This document shows positions 38,201 to 53,200 of a stretch of 64,000 nucleotides of DNA, one piece after another. The stretch is taken from contig NW_025766447.1 of the NCBI RefSeq assembly GCF_003918875.1, positions 2,418,001 to 2,482,000 of the forward strand, in the 5' to 3' direction. Source of the stretch: Haliotis rubra. Lineage: Eukaryota. Every line of letters starts with the position of its first letter. The stretch's first letter is position 1. Under the pieces are notes generated by a model. The model was not told the DNA's origin and did not search any database. It saw only the letters and a program-made list of their open reading frames with translations. The translations under genes and the position numbers were made by a program.

Positions 38201-41200
38201 AATCTGTGTGAAACTAGGGTAAGATGTATGGATGTACGGTAATCTGTGTGAAACTATGGTAAGATGTATGTATGTACGGTAATCTGTGTGAAACTAGGGT
38301 AACATGTATGGATGTACGGTAATCTGTGTGAAACTAGGGTAAGATGTATGGATGTACGGTAATCTGTGTGAAACTAGGGTAAGATGTATGTATGTACGGT
38401 AATCTGTGTGAAACTATGGTAACATGTATGTATGTACGGTAATCTGTGTGAAACTAGGGTAAGATGTATGGATGTACGGTAATCTGTGTGAAACTAGGGT
38501 AAGATGTATGGATGTTCGGTAATCTGTGTGAAACTAGGGTAAGATGTATGGATGTACGGTAATCTGTGTGAAACTAGGGTAAGATGTATGGATGTACGGT
38601 AATCTGTGTGAAACTAGGGTAAGATGTATGTATGTACGGTAATCTGTGTGAAACTATGGTAAGATGTATGGATGTACGGTAATCTGTGTGAAACTAGGGT
38701 AAGATGTATGGATGTACGGTAATCTGTGTGAAACTAGGGTAAGATGTATGTATGTACGGTAATCTGTGTGAAACTAGGGTAAGATGTATGTATGTACGGT
38801 AATCTGTGTGAAACTATGGTAACATGTATGGATGTACGGTAATCTGTGTGAAACTAGGGTAAGATGTATGGATGTACGGTAATCTGTGTGAAAACTAGGG
38901 TAAGATGTATGGATGTACGGTAATCTGTGTGAAACTAGGGTAAGATGTATGGATGTTCGGTAATCTGTGTGAAACTAGGGTTAGATGTATGGATGTACGG
39001 TAATCTGTGTGAAACTAGGGTAAGATGTATGGATGTACGGTAATCTGTGTGAAACTAGGGTAAGATGTATGTATGTACGGTAATCTGTGTGAAACTATGG
39101 TAACATGTATGGATGTACGGTAATCTGTGTGAAACTAGGGTAAGATGTATGGATGTACGGTAATCTGTGTGAAACTAGGGTAAGATGTATGTATGTACGG
39201 TAATCTGTGTGAAACTAGGGTAAGATGTATGTATGTACGGTAATCTGTGTGAAACTATGGTAACATGTATGGATGTACGGTAATCTGTGTGAAACTAGGG
39301 TAAGATGTATGGATGTACGGTAATCTGTGTGAAACTAGGGTAAGATGTATGGATGTACGGTAATCTGTGTGAAACTAGGGTAAGATGTATGGATGTACGG
39401 TAATCTGTGTGAAACTAGGGTAAGATTATTCTACCTGTCATGTTGCCGAACAGCCAGAAGGTGAAGGTCGGTAGGGCCTCAGCGCGGAGGACGATGCTGT
39501 CGAAGATGCACAGGAAGCGGGTGGGTTGTGTTGCAAGGCTGTAGAAGTTGAAGCTGTAGCCGATCACATGGACAGCTGGCAAAGAAAGAAAAATCATGTC
39601 ACAAAACAAGACTAACAGGGCTTCTGAATAGTTTCGGAAACGATTCAGGTTACACATTAATTAAATTGATAAATGTCGATAAAACAATAAAGCCATCTGG
39701 TTGCTGGCAGCCATCCTTACATTCCAGTCACGACATAGACTTCTGAGTCCAAAACTCCTCACATTCTATACACCCTGCTTTGTGGTCAAAATACTATTAA
39801 CATGGGGTGCCGAGCTGACGTTGAGTTCAGCTCTGTGGCCTCGCGAATGATTCAGGTTTTACATTACGTCATTCCAGGCGTAGGTCCGGGGATGTCGAGA
39901 ATATTCATCCTTCGTTCTACCAAAATCAGGAATCGAACGCGTAAAGCGAACGGTTTAACCGCCAGGCCACCCCGCCACGTGTCTAAGAGTCTTTCTGTTT
40001 TCTGACATGACCTACCTGAGAAGAACAGCGCTGTCCAGGCGACGACCTTGTGGAAGGAGACCATGGAGTCGAAGGGGATGAAGAAATTGAGGAAGGTGCT
40101 GCGAAGGAAGGTGATAGTGTTGCGACACATCGTCAGTAACAGCAGCGAGAATGTGAACGACATCGCGGCGGCAGCTCCTCGTGTCATGCTGATACCGTAG
40201 CTCATGAGTTTCCGGAGTCCGCTCTGCTCCCTCTGTACTGTGTAGACTGTGGGGAGACGGGAGCTATTGTACAGGATCTCAACGTATATAGTGCTCTATT
40301 GAAACCATGTTTACAGGCGAAGAGCATCCAAGAACAACTTAATTAATGATGCATTATTTCACGCAATAATTATTGCTATATTTTCTGTCAGAGGGGCAAT
40401 GGATTTGTTATGTATGGAAATGTGTGACACATACAAAGTTTTGAGAAATGTGTCAATTGTCGCACGTTTCACACAGAAAATATAGCAGCCTACTACCCAC
40501 CCGAATCCAAACCCCCGACTCAATGATCATATGCGTGCCAGTCGCGACGCTAATAATTATTTGATAACATAAGAATATATTCACGAAATGGAAATACAGA
40601 TGGGGTCGGCAATATTCTACCTAATGTTCATCGAACTGTTTTCATCTGGAAGGTCCTGAGAAATAGTAAGCGATATCGTATACTCTGGCCGGAAACATGG
40701 TTTCAAAGACAAAGACCAGATATTACGGTGATAATAATGTAGTGGTAGGTGTGTAAAGCTCATTATGTAAGTGGGTTTTCTCCAGCAACTATTTAGTAAA
40801 CTCTCAGGAAACCATTAATGCAGTGCAGATGTTTAAGTGGAATCTTAAGCAACTGTGAATTCAGCTTTTTAAGTGGACACTCAAGTACATGTGAATACGG
40901 CTATTTAACTACACTCTCAAGCAGCTGTGAATACAACTATTTAAGTACACTCTCAAGTAACTATAAATTGAGCTATTTAAGTGGACACTCACGCAATTGG
41001 AAATTCAACCAATTTTGTTGACTCTCAAACAACTGTGTATTCGGGTATTTAAGTGCACTCACAGTAGAATCTCTCCGCAGCCAGCCCTAAGATGATGCCA
41101 AAGAACATGACGAGGAAGAAGATGTGAGCTCTGTAGTTCTCAACGAAATGCTTAGCCATCTTGATCTTGGCCTTGACCGGAGTGTACTTCTCGCGGACGG

Positions 41201-44200
41201 CCGTGAAGCTCCGTCTAGAGGTTGGTGAGGTGATGGAATCTGTGCTGGACTGACTTCCTGACGTTTGGTGGGAATTTGTGCGCTGACGGATGTCAGAATC
41301 GCTCCTGTGAGTAGATCCAAAGCAATTTGAACAAAACATAATGTGCCCCTGCCGCTCGCTACCCTCAACACGTGATCAAAGAAGACATTTTATCATTATA
41401 TTCCTTTGTAATCTCAGATGTAATTAGTGATGTGGATGGAATGACAAATACTTACTTCGCTTTGTGATTACTCTTGTCATTGGGCAAGCAGTTCTTGATT
41501 CCTGAAACATAACCAGGCAAAGTTCATCAACAAGTTACGTGACATACAAGGCCGGATGAATATAGCCTGTACTATTTGATCAGATCACCACCTACAGGCA
41601 GTAAGATAAGGTCTACCACTTGTCCTACCAACCTTTCCAGTCGATGGAGGCTCCCCACAGCATGTCCATCTGGGGAGACAGGATCTGGCAGAAGTCTTCA
41701 AACCGGAAGTTCTCCTTATCAGTGAGTCCCGCCTGGACGGACAGAGACTCCACCAGCTGCTCAACCTCGTCGCTCTGCAGGTTGCTCTGTGCCAGATCAA
41801 GCAGCGATCTGGAGTGAGTGAGTGAGTAAGCGGATGAGTAAGTGAGATTTACAAAAACACCGTCACAGATGCACCAAGGCAAAGGACAATATAATGTGAA
41901 TTCATCAATAGCATCTTGACATTGATTCGGGTCTTGAATCAGTAGACAACCCTGAAACATCCCATACACTATACACATGGCCCTTACAGTATGGACTCCT
42001 TATTCTTTTCTTTAACACTGGAAATGTTAAGTATTTGGATGTATGTCAGTTTGTTTTTAGCCTATTTCTCGAGTTATAATAATTTATCGAATAATTTATC
42101 GACAAGCCATTTGTTGTCGTAATTTGGCGTACCTGAACATCTGACAGATTTCTTTTTTGGTCATCACGCCGCTGCCGTCCATGTCGTACATGTAGAACAT
42201 TGTCTGTAGCTTGTCCTGGCACGTCCCTGTGGGTGGAGGTGTCATTAAACTATACGGATATACTACAGACACTGTTTTGGGGGTGATCATCATACTCACT
42301 AGCATTGAAAACACACCACTTACACAAGTTGAGATTACTAAAGCACACGCAAGCAATTGATAGTTTTTTTAGTGGATAATAACAGATATAATATAAGCTC
42401 GATACACTGTAGGCATGGCTTTAAGGTGAACGACAGATTTAATTTAAATACATGTAAACCGGATGTACTATTGACACATCTCTGAGATAAACGACAGGTG
42501 TCATATAAATACATGTAAACCGGATGTACTATTGACACATCTCTGAGATAAACGACAGGTGTCATATAAATACATGTACATGTAAACCGGATGTACTATT
42601 GACACGACCCTGAGGAGAACGACAGGTGTCATTTAAATACATGTAAACAGAATATACTGTTGACACGACCCTGAGGAGAACGACAGGTGTCATTTAAATA
42701 CATGTAAACCGGATATACTGTTGACACGACCCTGAGGAGAACGACAGGTGTCATTTAAATACATGTAAACCGGATATACTGTTGACACGACCCTGAGGAG
42801 AACGACAGGTGTCATTTAAATACATGTAAACCGAATATACTGTTGACACGACCCTGAGGAGAACGACAGGTGTCATAAAAATACAAGTAAACCGGATATA
42901 CTATTGATACGACCCTGAGGAGAACGACGGGTGTCATTTAAATACACGTAAACCGGATATACTATTGATACGACCCTGAGGAGAACGACAGGTGTCATTT
43001 AAATACATGTAAACCGGATATACTATTGACACGACCCTGAGGAGAACGACAGGTGTCATTTAAATACATGTAAACCGGATATACTGTTGACACGACCCTG
43101 AGGAGAACGACAGGTGTCATTTAAATACATGTAAACCGGATATACTGTTGACACGACCCTGAGGAGAACGACAGGTGTCATAAAAATACATGTAAACCGG
43201 ATATACTATTGATACGACCCTGAGGAGAACGACAGGTGTCATTTAAATACATGTAAACCGGATATACTGTTGACACGACCCTGAGGAGAACGACAGGTGT
43301 CATTTAAATACATGTAAACCGGATATACTGTTGACACACGACCCTGAGGAGAACGACAGGTGTCATAAAAATACATGTAAACCGGATATACTATTGATAC
43401 GACCCTGAGGAGAACGACAGGTGTCATTTAAATACATGTAAACCGGATATACTGTTGACACGACCCTGAGGAGAACGACAGGTGTCATTTAAATACATGT
43501 AAACCGGATATACTGTTGACACGACCCTGAGGAGAACGACAGGTGTCATAAAAATACATGTAAACCGGATATACTATTGATACGAGGTAAACGACAGGTG
43601 TAATTTAAACATTATACCAAATATTCCATAAGAAACACGTCCCATGTGTGAGGAGGGATGGCTGCAGGGAAACACACAATTCCAGGGATGGGGGAGTAGA
43701 ATAAAGACATACCTTTTGAGAAGAGCACGACAGCGTTAAGGAACTCCCTGAATGAGATGTAGCCGTTCCGGTCGGAGTCGATGAGGCAAAAGAAGTGCTC
43801 CACGAAGTCGGAGTCGGCCTTCACTGCAAGAGCTTCGGCAAATTCCTCCTAAAAGGGTGGAGTAAATGGAGGATTGAGTGAGTGAGGAGGAAGGTAACGT
43901 GCTTCATGGTTCATCCACCTTAATTACAAAAGACATTGCTGCAGTGGATCATCCTACGAGTAAGGGTCGATGTGGTAGCTTAGTGGTTATAGCGTTCGCT
44001 CGTCACACACTAGACCCGGGTTCCATTCCCCACATGGGTAGAAAGCGTGAAGTCCATTCCGAGTAACTCGGGTATAGATTGCTTGAATAGTACTAAAAAA
44101 CATCATTCGAAGACGTTGGGTGACAAGGGCGACCCAGCCGTCTTAGACGACGCATTTCACTGTACAGAGTCGTGTTTCCCTGGACTCGTCAAAAAGCTAT

Positions 44201-47200
44201 GACCTTGGCCTTGAAACCCGATTCTATATTTGTCAGCACCATACACGTGCTCGTGGGTTTCACCACAGTGGTAAATATCAAACACCAGCGTCAGGTGAAG
44301 CTTTCCTAACGCACCATGCTGAAGGGCCGTGATATAACAGGGATACTGTTCAAAGCGGCTATAAACACAAAGTACACACTCACCTCCCAGACTTACAGAA
44401 CGTGATGACCAGTGCCTAGATTTTCGAAGCTCTCTTAGCGCTAAGATAGTCGTAAGTTAATGTTATTGTATGGCACTTACGACGATCTTAGCGCTAAGAG
44501 AGTTTCGAAAATCTAGGCCCAGGTCCGGAGGAGTGGGTAACAAGATACCTACCTTAGAGAGTTCACAGTGGAGGATCTCCTTGGTCTGTTTCTTCAAGTC
44601 CAGCTGAACATGGTCCAGTGACGGGTCATAGTCCATCTGGAACGCCTGGAAAGCAGAAACAGGCACCCGGGCTAAGTTCCACGATCTTATTCATTAACAA
44701 AACATTTACTTCGGGACAGACGGAGATCACTTTGTGGAACGGGAGAGTTTTTACCTTTAGGTAGTAGCATGGAACTGTGAATTATCTCTAACACAAACTT
44801 ACGAGGAGGGAAATATTAAGACTATTGACTATTTAATACCTAGAAATTCTGTTATAGTCAACAACAAACAAGCGAATATAACGACCTGTTATCTTTTGTC
44901 TCTTCCACTTGCTACATGTTTTAAAACTAGTGGCGCCTTTGAGTTCCATATAACCGTACTGTAAAAATAAATATACTGTATAACATTATTACCTCCGCAA
45001 AGACAGTCTTAAAGAACTTCTCCAACTGTGCGTTCCTCTTGGTTTTCGTCATGGCCATGTCGTACAGCTCCTTCACCGACATCTCCTGCACCACGAACTC
45101 GGCACTGTAGCTGGTGAGGTAGTCGGCGAGACTCTGCTCGAACTCGTTCCGGTGGACCTCGCTGGGGAACTCAAGCACCTGCCACAGGCGGTGGATTAGG
45201 GTATACCTCCTTTATACTACATATACATGATCCCAGGACAGAGAGTGTCATGGCTTTATGTGATACATAGGTGAAACATATCGGGGGTAGGGGGTGGTTG
45301 ATGCATGGTGCATGAAGGATGCATATCGTGGTTCAGGACATTGTGCATGGACAGTACAAGGAACTGCCATTATCAGAAATACTTCGGTTTGGAGCCCACG
45401 ATGAGCAGATCCTGGCATGACTAAGATACGCAACTCTGCAGTGAATTACGGAGCTTCCCGTCTTTCCGTGATATGATAGTGTATTGGCAGGGGCATTTGA
45501 GACTTGAGACTCTTGTCTCATAATTAATACTGTAGTCATGTACATACGCGGCGAGGTATGATACAAGCGAGTCCGGTAATTCTGCGCAGCTGCAATAGCG
45601 TACTTCCGTATCAAGGTAAACATCGTCTGCTACCACATTTACGCTTGATATCGGGGCATTTCTACAAGGGACTGGCTTTTAATCACTAAATGTAAGTAAA
45701 TAACAGTAACTGACAGATAAATTGACAGTTTTATGAAAATTAGTTTTTTATCGCACTTTTAAACCTTTTTCTTCATTATTCATAATTGGATTTAATATTA
45801 AACACTCTTCCTTACATTGATGAAGTGATTTTTGAAAATAATCTGGCCCTAATACGCTTCCATACTTCGGATCTCCAGCTGGATGTTATGCGCATCAGTT
45901 GCTGCGCAGAGTTACCGGACAGCAAGCGATGTCGTCAGAACGTCAACCGTATGGCATAATGCAACGTTAAAATCTTATAGTCGTCAATAAAACTTATATT
46001 TCTAGGTAAATATGATGCATACCAGCATGTTTAGTCACGTAAACCACAAAAAATAAGAGACGTTAGTTGCCGTGTTGCGATCGATGTGCTTATGTGCGCG
46101 GAATTACCGGTCGGCATTGTATATCTGACGTTTACACACTTGACGGGGTATAACATATCTGGTATTAATTTGAATGCGTTTTCTTACCAAGTCGTATTCT
46201 TTGGGTACATGGATCATGAAGACGTTGCGCCCCTGTTGTTGCTGATGCTGATGTTGATGATGCTCATCTTGAGGAGCTTGATGGTCCTGAGATGTGTCCC
46301 CTCCGTGCTAAACACCTCCAGCGTTTCCTTGGAAGTAAGATGGAGCTCCACACAGCGTCCGGCCGCATCCTTCCCGCACCACTCCTGAGTCTCGTGAACT
46401 ATACACAGGATATGGCATTATTGCATGGGTGTACTTCATCATAGGAGTGAGTGAGTTTAGTTTTACGCCGCACTCAGCAATCTTCCAGCTATATGGCGGC
46501 GGTAAATAATCGAGTCTGTACCAGACAATCCAGTGACCAACAGCATGATCATCTATCTACGCAACTGGGATACGATGAAAATGTGTCAACCAAGTCAGCG
46601 AGCCTGACCACCCGATCCCCGTTAGTCGCCTCTTATGACAAGCATGGGTTACTGAAGATCAATTCTAACCAGGATCTTCACGGGTCTACTTCATCAAGGA
46701 ATTTACCTATATGATACTGCTCTCTGCAACACACAAGATCTATTCTAATTGGGTATTACACGTAGCAAGGAATGGTTCGGAAGTGGAACTTCACTTGAAC
46801 ACATCCCCCAAATCGGTGCCAATGTCGGTATGTCCACGTGTGTCACATAACACCTGAATTCCGAGAAGGCTAGTACATACAACAATTATGAGTGAAATAT
46901 GTGAAACATCAGCCCAACGAAGAAACATCACTAATACAAATGTCCGTCACTAATATATGACGTCATAATGTTTTACCTCATACAATGGATGAACAAGGTA
47001 GAGATCGATTCCACCTTCAGACACGTGCGACAAAAAACAACAAAACCAAAACAAGATATATGCTTATATTCCAGTTATAAACTGACGTACAACAAAAAAT
47101 ACAAAAAATTTTTGCGGGTTATTTTCCAAAAAGCAAAGTAGAAGTTACAATCATTATGTACATGTTTCCAAAAGGCTTTCTTTTGTACGCCACTTCAGTA

Positions 47201-50200
47201 AAATAGTGAAAAACAATCAAGGATAGAAAACTAATTGATATTTTTTTAATAATGAAATATGTTACATTTATTCATAGCGGCGTCATCTCAAAACACTGAT
47301 TAATGACTGATATGAAATGTTAATTCATTTTGAAGATTCTTAAGCGTTTAGCCTTGTATCAGGTACTGTTTATCATACAACACAAATACATGAAGCAAGT
47401 CTGGATAACCACTTTCACTTCAAATACTGACGGTGCAAAGCGAAATACTGTCGACTGAAAGCAAGTTTTGTTGGATCAGCGACACGGTGCTGTATATGAA
47501 AAGCAGCAATTGCAAGAACGGGGACTACAAATAGGCCACACCAAACCGACAACGGTGCATCCGTTGTCAACGCCTCACACAGCAGACTCGTCTACAGAAT
47601 TTGCAGCGTAATGCCAGGCAGTGTTATGGTAAAAATCAGTGTTGTTTATGAAAACGCCTTTTTCAATTTATCAGTGACGTCATAATCAAGTTATCGTGAG
47701 TATTAAGTATGATGTGAGTATTCCAGTATTATGCCTGGAGGAACGGCTCTCTTGTGACCTTATTATAAGGTATGATCTTGTTTAACTAAATACTGTGCAT
47801 GTGGTGTATGAAATATTAATGTGTATGTTAGGTGCTGAATAAAAATGGTAACGTTTTAATTGATATACATCCATATGTGTGTGTGAAAAAGTTACTTGTT
47901 TGTTATAGAACGTGTATTGTGCACAAAATAAGCTGAAATTACTTTTTGTTTCATCTGTAAACAAAATAATGAAAAACATGATGTATGATGTCTCAAAGAA
48001 TAAAATACACCCTCTAAAACATCAGAACAACACGTAAAGATACTCTAATCAGACTAACACGATTAGTCTACCAAAATACAAACTAGGTTAAAACTGACTA
48101 CTCATAAAAAAGAAATAAACACACAAAGTTAATAACATCTTTGAGCCATAACAAAATATTATTTCTCCGGAAGGTCATTTTCTTTTTCTCTTTCAGTTTT
48201 CTGAGCAGGAACTTGTTTGAGGACTTCTTGGAAGCCTCTCTCTGCTGAATAACTGTAACTCTCCAAACGTAGAACTTAAGCACCCCTTACGCTGATTTTG
48301 AAATATATTCCGAAGTTAAACATATTTTTTGTAGTGGTCCAAAAGTTTCATCGTGGTTATTTTTTGTGAACAAAATCATTGCAAAAAGTTAAGCACTGAT
48401 AATGAAGTGGTCCCTGACGTGTCTGCTTGACGTACCTGACACACTGGACGACAGGGTACGCCGCAGGATCCTCTTCCTCTCCTTCTCCTCCCTAGCGTCC
48501 TTGACCCTCTTCAGGTGACGCCATTTCTTGCACTTTGCCAGAACATAGGCCACAAGAATGCATGCTGTAGACATAGGGATGACTCAGGTCAGAACAGGTT
48601 TGTGATGAAAGTACTGTTTTGCTGGAATATTCACTTTTTATATGTAATTCTCCAAGGTCTGTTACAGGTACCGCATATTGGGTTTGCTCTTACGCTGAGA
48701 CCATATATTTGATCAAACACATTCGCAATGTTTACATGGCGATAGAGGGTCCATATATAGGCATATTACTGTAGAAAATCAACAGAATTATATGTCTTTT
48801 CCATTTTGTATAATACCCTGGACATATCAGCAGCATTACCTTCGTTTCGGAAGAAACGTCTCCATTATTATCGGCCCTATCTGTAGCCTCGCACAAATCA
48901 ATTCTAGCACTTGATCTTGCTATTTGAATCGGACTCAAAATGAAACTCTTGTCTCGGGTATTGTTCATATTAAGAGATCAGGGGTCGTATCTGAGCCAAT
49001 TATTATGTGTAGGCAAAACGTTTAGAATGCAATTATTATAATTTATACGTACATATCCATGCTTTCAGCATGTTGAAATACATTCACCTGTAACATTTTT
49101 CTTTCAAATTTATAATTTCCTGTTTTTAATAAAAAAATTACAAAATTATGTGTAGGCAATTGCCTTTTTGCCTATATGGCAGCTACGCCAGATATAATGG
49201 AAATTGAGAGATACAACGCACTGGGAAATCGAGGCATTCAATGCTGAGCCTAAATATGGAACATATGACGTCACCTAGTGGTATAACTCCTATACAGGTC
49301 CAGATGATGATGTAAGGTATTTCACTTCCGGTGAAGAAGTTGTAGCCCTTGTGCGCAGGACAGGCGCCGAGCATGCTGGAGTTCAACAATGTGAGCACAG
49401 GGCAGGGGTCATCTGAAATACAATGTTCCGTTATAGACATGACACACAACTACACTTATGATGTTGCTGAAACTGACTAGAGTTGTGACAGCATACACTA
49501 ATTGCTTTGTGCAAAACTCCGGAAATGTCTTGAACTTGAAACTTCACAATGCAATTACATAACTGCTCAAAACATATCTTCTAGACTGACATATATTATA
49601 AGGAAAGTACACGGTATAAATACCTGTAATGTAAAACTAATGTATGTACTAGAATATCCCCAGTGACTGTCTGTGTATGCACGTGTCTACATGTGTTTAC
49701 AGCGGGTACTGTCTGTATGTAGTTATGTGTTTGCAGGCAGTGATTTTGTACTAACTGTCTGAGAAGGTGAAGACGTCCTGCTGGATTTCGTCCTCCATTA
49801 TCTTAGTGGTGTTGACGATGATGTCGTACATAGTGATGGACATGATCTCGGCGACCTCCTCGTCGGAGAAGATTCTGAAATAGACATATACAATTTTCAA
49901 ATGGAGATGATATTCACCCTAAACCCCAGAAAAGTAACACCAATTTGACAGTGGGATACACTGACAGACATTCCAATACACCCACAAGATACTAGCATGA
50001 TACCTGCTGTCTGTCTTTAGTCGAGCGCCTGTTTGGAGAGGTTTTAGTTCTACTTCAGTTTCTGTATTTCTCTGGTTTACTGTTAAAACTGGCATACAGT
50101 GGCCCCCATGGTTGCATTATAAGGTCCTCGACAAGTGTCCGCCTCACTCACCCGTTGTTCCTGTTCTCGAACCAGAACCTGTCTCCATCTCGCAGTCTCA

Positions 50201-53200
50201 GGAACTGGTCCATGATGATGAGGGAGAACAGCTCCCCAGGCCCCCGCGGCGTCGTCTCCATCATCCCGCCGACGTAGATGTCGATATTATCAAGGTTGTC
50301 GTTGTGGAGGACGCGCATGCGCTCTATTACCTACAAGTGTAAATCGTACGTGACAGTCACAGCGCATCACAAGTAACCTTACACTTAGCACTAAGCGTCT
50401 CAGCGCGTCTATACGCTATCACACAGTCGTAGCGCCATGATAGCTTTGTGGAAGAGGGAATAGCATGGCCCAGAAAATGGACACAAATGAACAAAACGAA
50501 ACGATGGAGGGTGGCACAGGTTGATTCCTGATGACCGTATGCAGCAAGCACAGATTCATCCCGACGGCCTTTGTGATGCCTTGCTGTGACACGTCAATAA
50601 AACAAAATCAAATGTTAATGTTTATGTGTGCGCGCGTCTCTTTGTGTGTGTAGAACCTACACACCGAAGTACCATTCCCAGTTTAACATGGACTCGAACA
50701 CAGACATAGAATACTGAATACTGACACTCCTTGTTCAATTCACTTCACACCATGCGCGAGGTAGGATAAAATAAGTACCAGCCATTAACATATTTTAGTG
50801 TGACGCCATGGATCGAACCATTGACCCCCTTGTTTCCAGACATGGCAGACGCTCCTTCAATTGGACCATGGAGTCGTTATCAGTAGTATAATCTAAAACG
50901 ATTGGCAAAGTGTGCAATATTCCAGCAATGTTAAGGCAATCCTCAGCTTCTGGCACGACTACGGGGCGAACCTTCGGTGCCTTGTAGAGGGTCATCCGTA
51001 CCCTATGATCATAGTGTACCTCATGATCATAGTTAGACGTGATGGTTCGTAAGGTGTGAGGTTGTTGTGACGGGCACCTGCAGGGTGGATGGCTGTCTGA
51101 GAACACTGATTACCTCGGGTTCCGTGGCGTTTAGCCATGGGTTGATGTCCGCCCAGGATGCGATGGTGTCCAGACCCATCTCCCGTCGGGCGGTGTTGTA
51201 GTCGGGGAGGCCGTAGTCGCGACCTTTCATGATGTTGAGAACCACGCTGTCGTGGCGGGAGTAGAACAGAGGGCCGTAGAACTTGCCTGTTAGAGGAGCA
51301 GATATATATGTTTCGTGATATACAGTACAGAAGATGATCCTAATTTGATTCTTTAAAGGGTTGAATGATACGATTTTCTAGGAGCAAACACTAAAATAGT
51401 CGGCACGACTACAGCTACAAAAGGATGCGCCACCCACTTCTGAGGTCCTCGACGATAATGCGGTCCTCTCCCTCTGCCTGCTGGGAGGCCAGTCCTAGCA
51501 GCGTCTCCTCTGTCCCCTTCATACTGCCAAACAATACATCCTGAAACAGTGATAAAATACATTACAGAGACGAACACAGCTGTGCGATATATACAAAACA
51601 TCCCTGGCTCAATTGCACGAACACGGCAATATACACAAAGCATCCCAGGCCTGGAAGGCACGAACACGGCGACATAGGCATTCATTTAAGACAGTGACAG
51701 AGAGTCGCACAAAACATGGCCTTATTGAATGTTGGCTACAATGAAACAAAAGAGAAATGCTTATTCGATGGTGATGTATTTGATAAGTGAGTGAGTGAGT
51801 ATAGTTTTACGCCGCTTTTAGCAATATTCCAGCAGTATCACGGCGGGGCACACCAGAAATGGGCCTCACACATTGGACCCAAGCTTATAAGAATCTCTTT
51901 CGAAATGTTTCTCTGTGCAATAAACAAGAAGTTGTCATCCATGAAGTTGTATGCCTCATTTTTGCTTCACCAACTTCAACTTCAAATGCCTATAAAAAAA
52001 AACACTTAAGTTTGTAGTTTGTTTTCTGGGGACCGGATTCAGCTTAGAAAACCTTTGAAAATAGCCATCAACTCCTACCTTAGCGTTCCAGTATGTGTTG
52101 CACAGTCGATGTGTGTTCAGGAGCTCGCACTTGTCCGTCCTGAAACACAAACATAAATGTCATTAATCGTTGCACTAAAAGCAAAGAGAATGAGATGTAA
52201 TGGCGTGTTTACGGAAAGAGAAGGTAAGGCTGGAGTACTGAATGGGTAGGTGAGGTAGACAGTATTCTCACCGCTGACGGATCCCCGACGGAATCAGAGT
52301 GTCGATGTATCTGATGGCGGTGGCATCAAACAGGTCTGTAACTCTGCTCTGCACTGTCGGCCGGTAACCTAGGTCAAAATACAGACATACAGTACACACG
52401 ACGTACAAAATACATTTTTACATGCTAAAACAACATCATTTTAAGCGACGCAATTCCTTTCCCCGGTAAAACCAGAGTACAGTGGTAGTGTGTTTGAATC
52501 CCAATTCAGTCTAGGTTTGTTAGATCCATACTCATGCTCGTAGGGTTCACACAGTAGGCTGACAAGTTTCGATGGATTGGAATATTGTTCAATGCAGCAT
52601 AAATCAACTCACTCATTCATTAAAACTTCATTCATTAAATTAATTCATTAAATACTTTATGTTCCCTGTGTCATTTTGTTTCATGCAGGTATATAGTGGA
52701 TGCGCTATTGCAGGCGATCTTTGATTATATAACCTGAATATTCAATGTATTCTGAAAGTTACTACTGGTACACTATGATGGTGATTGCAGGTGTGTTATG
52801 GGTATTATGAAACTCATTACCTGTATAGTCTGGGATAGACGTGTTCAGCAACATCGGCAGCCAGTCGTATATGATGACTTTCTGGAAGTACAACGAACAC
52901 TTACGGACCCGTCTATAACAACTATATGTAGTTGTAGTCAGTGTCAGACACGGTTATTGCGATGTTAACATCGTTTACATCTATTGTAATTGGAAACTGC
53001 CTGAGTGACACAACGGATGGGAGGTGACGGGCTGCCAGTGATAGGTTAGGTACAGAGGCCGCTGGATTCAGCAGTCTTCTGAGAGGATATTGTGGACACA
53101 ATTATCGTGAAAAAACCCTACCAAACAAAACGAAACCAAAAACAAAACAAAAAAGCGACGGTGGCGTAGGTAAAACGTTCCTTCACATAGCTTATTTTTT

